Source of the DNA: Eledone cirrhosa
Taxonomy: Eukaryota
Direction of reading: 5' to 3'
Assembly: GCA_964016885.1 (NCBI GenBank)
Contig: OZ024740.1
Coordinates: 260,648,001 to 260,712,000, forward strand
Length of the DNA: 64,000 bases
Of this stretch, positions 61,680-64,000 are shown piece by piece; the stretch's first letter is position 1, and every line of letters starts with the position of its first letter. The position numbers and the translations under genes are program-made. The notes beneath the pieces are model-generated. The model did no database searches, was not told the origin of the DNA, and was given only the letters and a program-made list of their open reading frames with translations.

Positions 61680-64000
61680 TAAAGTAGGTTCTATATATAC
61701 ACATTGAGGTAGGTTCTATATATACACATTGAGGTAGGTTCTATATATACACATTGAGGTAGGTTCTATATATACACATTGAGGTAGGTTCTATATATAC
61801 ACATTGAGGTAGGTTCTGTGTTAACACATTGAGGTAGGTTCTGAGTTAACACATCGAGGTAGGTTCTGTATTAACACATTGAGGTAGGTTCTATATATAC
61901 ACATTGAGGTAGGTTCTGTATATACACGTTGAGGTAGGTTCTATGTTAACACATTGAGGTAGGTTCTGTGTTAACACATTGAGGTAGGTTCTGTGTTAAC
62001 ACATTGAGGTAGGTTCTGTGTTAACACATTGAGGTAGGTTCTGTGTTAACACATTGAGGTAGGTTCTGTGTTAACACATTGAGGTAGGTTCTATGTTAAC
62101 ACATTGAGGTAGGTTCTGTATTAACACATTGAGGTAGGTTCTGTGTTAACACATTGAGGTAGGTTCTGTGTTAACACATTGAGGTAGCTTCTGTGTTAAC
62201 ACATTGAGGTAGATTCTGTGTTAACACATTGAGGTAGGTTCTGTGTTAACACATTGAGGTAGGTTCTGTGTTAACACATTGAGGTAGGTTCTGTGTTAAC
62301 ACATTGAGGTAGGTTCTGTGTTAACACATTGAGGTAGTCTCTGTATATACACATTGAGGTAGGTTCTGTATATACACATTGAGGTAGGTTCTATGTTAAC
62401 ACATTGAGGTAGGTTCTGTGTTAACACATTGAGGTAGGTTCTGAGTTAACACGTTGAGGTAGGTTCTGTATTAACACATTGAGGTAGCTTCTGTGTTAAC
62501 ACATTGACGTAGGTTCTATGTTAACACATTGAGGTAGGTTCTGTGTTAACACATTGAGGTAGGTTCTGTGTTAACACGTTGAGGTAGGTTCTGTATTAAC
62601 ACATTGAGGTAGCTTCTGTGTTAACACATTGACGTAGGTTCTATGTTAACACATTGAGGTAGGTTCTGAGTTAACACGTTGAGGTAGGTTCTGTATTAAC
62701 ACATTGAGGTAGGTTCTGTGTTAACACATTGAGGTAGGTTCTGTGTTAACACATTGACGTAGGTTCTGTGTTAACACATTGAGGTAGGTTCTGTGTTAAC
62801 ACATTGAGGTAGGTTCTGTGTTAACACATTGAGGTAGGTTCTATGTTAACACATTGAGGTAGGTTCTGTGTTAACACATTGAGGTAGGTTCTGTGTTAAC
62901 ACATTGAGGTAGGTTCTATGTTAACACATTGAAGTAGGTTCTATGTTAACACATTGAGGTAGGTTCTGTGTTAACACATTGAGGTAGGTTCTGTGTTAAC
63001 ACATTGAGGTAGGTTCTGTGTTAACACATTGAGGTAGGTTCTGTGTTAACACATTGAGGTAGGTTCTATGTTAACACATTGAGGTAGGTTCTGTGTTAAC
63101 ACATTGAGGTAGGTTCTATGTTAACACATTGAGGTAGGTTCTGTGTTAACACATTGAGGTAGGTTCTGTGTTAACACATTGAGGTAGGTTCTGTGTTAAC
63201 ACATTGGGGTAGGTTCTATGTTAACACATTGAGGTAGGTTCTATGTTAACAAATTGAGGTAGGTTCTGTATTAACACATTGAGGTAGGTTCTGTGCTAAC
63301 ACATTGAGGTAGGTTCTGTGTTAACACATTGAGGTAGGTTCTGTGTTAACACATTGAGGTAGGTTCTGTGTTAACACATTGAGGTAGGTTCTATGTTAAC
63401 ACATTGAGGTAGGTTCTATGTTAACACATTGAGGTAGGTTCTATGTTAACAAATTGAGGTAGGTTCTGTGTTAACACATTGAGGTAGGTTCTGTGTTAAC
63501 ACATTGAGGTAGGTTCTGTGTTAACACATTGGGGTAGGTTCTATGTTAACACATTGAGGTAGGTTCTGTGTTAACACATTGAGGTAGGTTCTGTGTTAAC
63601 ACATTGAGGTAGGTTCTATGTTAACACATTGAGGTAGGTTCTGTGTTAACACATTGAGGTAGGTTCTGTGTTAACACATTGAGGTAGGTTCTGTGTTAAC
63701 ACATTGAGGGAGGTTCTATGTTAACACATTGAGGTAGGTTCTATGTTAACACATTGAGGTAGGTTCTGTGTTAACACATTGAGGTAGGTTCTGTGTTAAC
63801 ACATTGAGGTAGGTTCTATATATACACATTGAGGTAGGTTCTGTGTTAACACATTGAGGTAGGTTCTGTGTTAACAAATTGAGGTAGGTTCTGTGTTAAC
63901 ACATTGAGGTAGGCTCTGTGTTAACAAATTGAGGTAGGTTCTGTGTTAACACATTGAGGTAGGTTCTGTGTTAACAAATTGAGGTAGGTTCTGTGTTAAC
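61680..64000. repeat. 25-bp satellite array (>90 units, runs off the window)
   Basis: Unit GAGGTAGGTTCTGTGTTAACACATT, period 25; degenerate precursors at 61495-61680. Confidence 0.99.

Noticed and set aside
61680-64000. Telomeric repeat or CRISPR array
   Set aside because: 25-bp unit with no TTAGGG array and no spacers

Overview
Eukaryotic (animal), AT-rich, microsatellite-dense and almost entirely intronic/intergenic DNA. The repeat content (RTE LINEs, tRNA-derived SINEs with (GAT)n tails, abundant (TA)n) resembles a cephalopod (octopus-like) genome; that assignment is inference only. The window is a layered set of decayed mobile elements: several RTE/Expander/RTEX-like LINE families, CRE-like and R4/Dong-like restriction-endonuclease retrotransposon 3' ends, a Penelope element (RT + GIY-YIG), two Helitrons, mariner, Tigger-like and TTAA-type MITEs, SINEs, and two large satellites (41-bp unit at 18.3-23.7 kb; 25-bp unit from 61.7 kb to the end). 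A + strand host gene appears to start coding at 61424 (MGGKASKAKRK..., an N-myristoylation/polybasic motif), with candidate upstream micro-exons that splice in frame. The most notable unannotated signal is about nine sequence-unrelated families of type I hammerhead-ribozyme folds. Most sit in short fold-back elements inserted in (TA)n, and some carry non-canonical cores (U3-A8 covariation, U4A, A9U with a long stem II). Everything was read by eye; no database search or folding program was run, and repeat boundaries are approximate.
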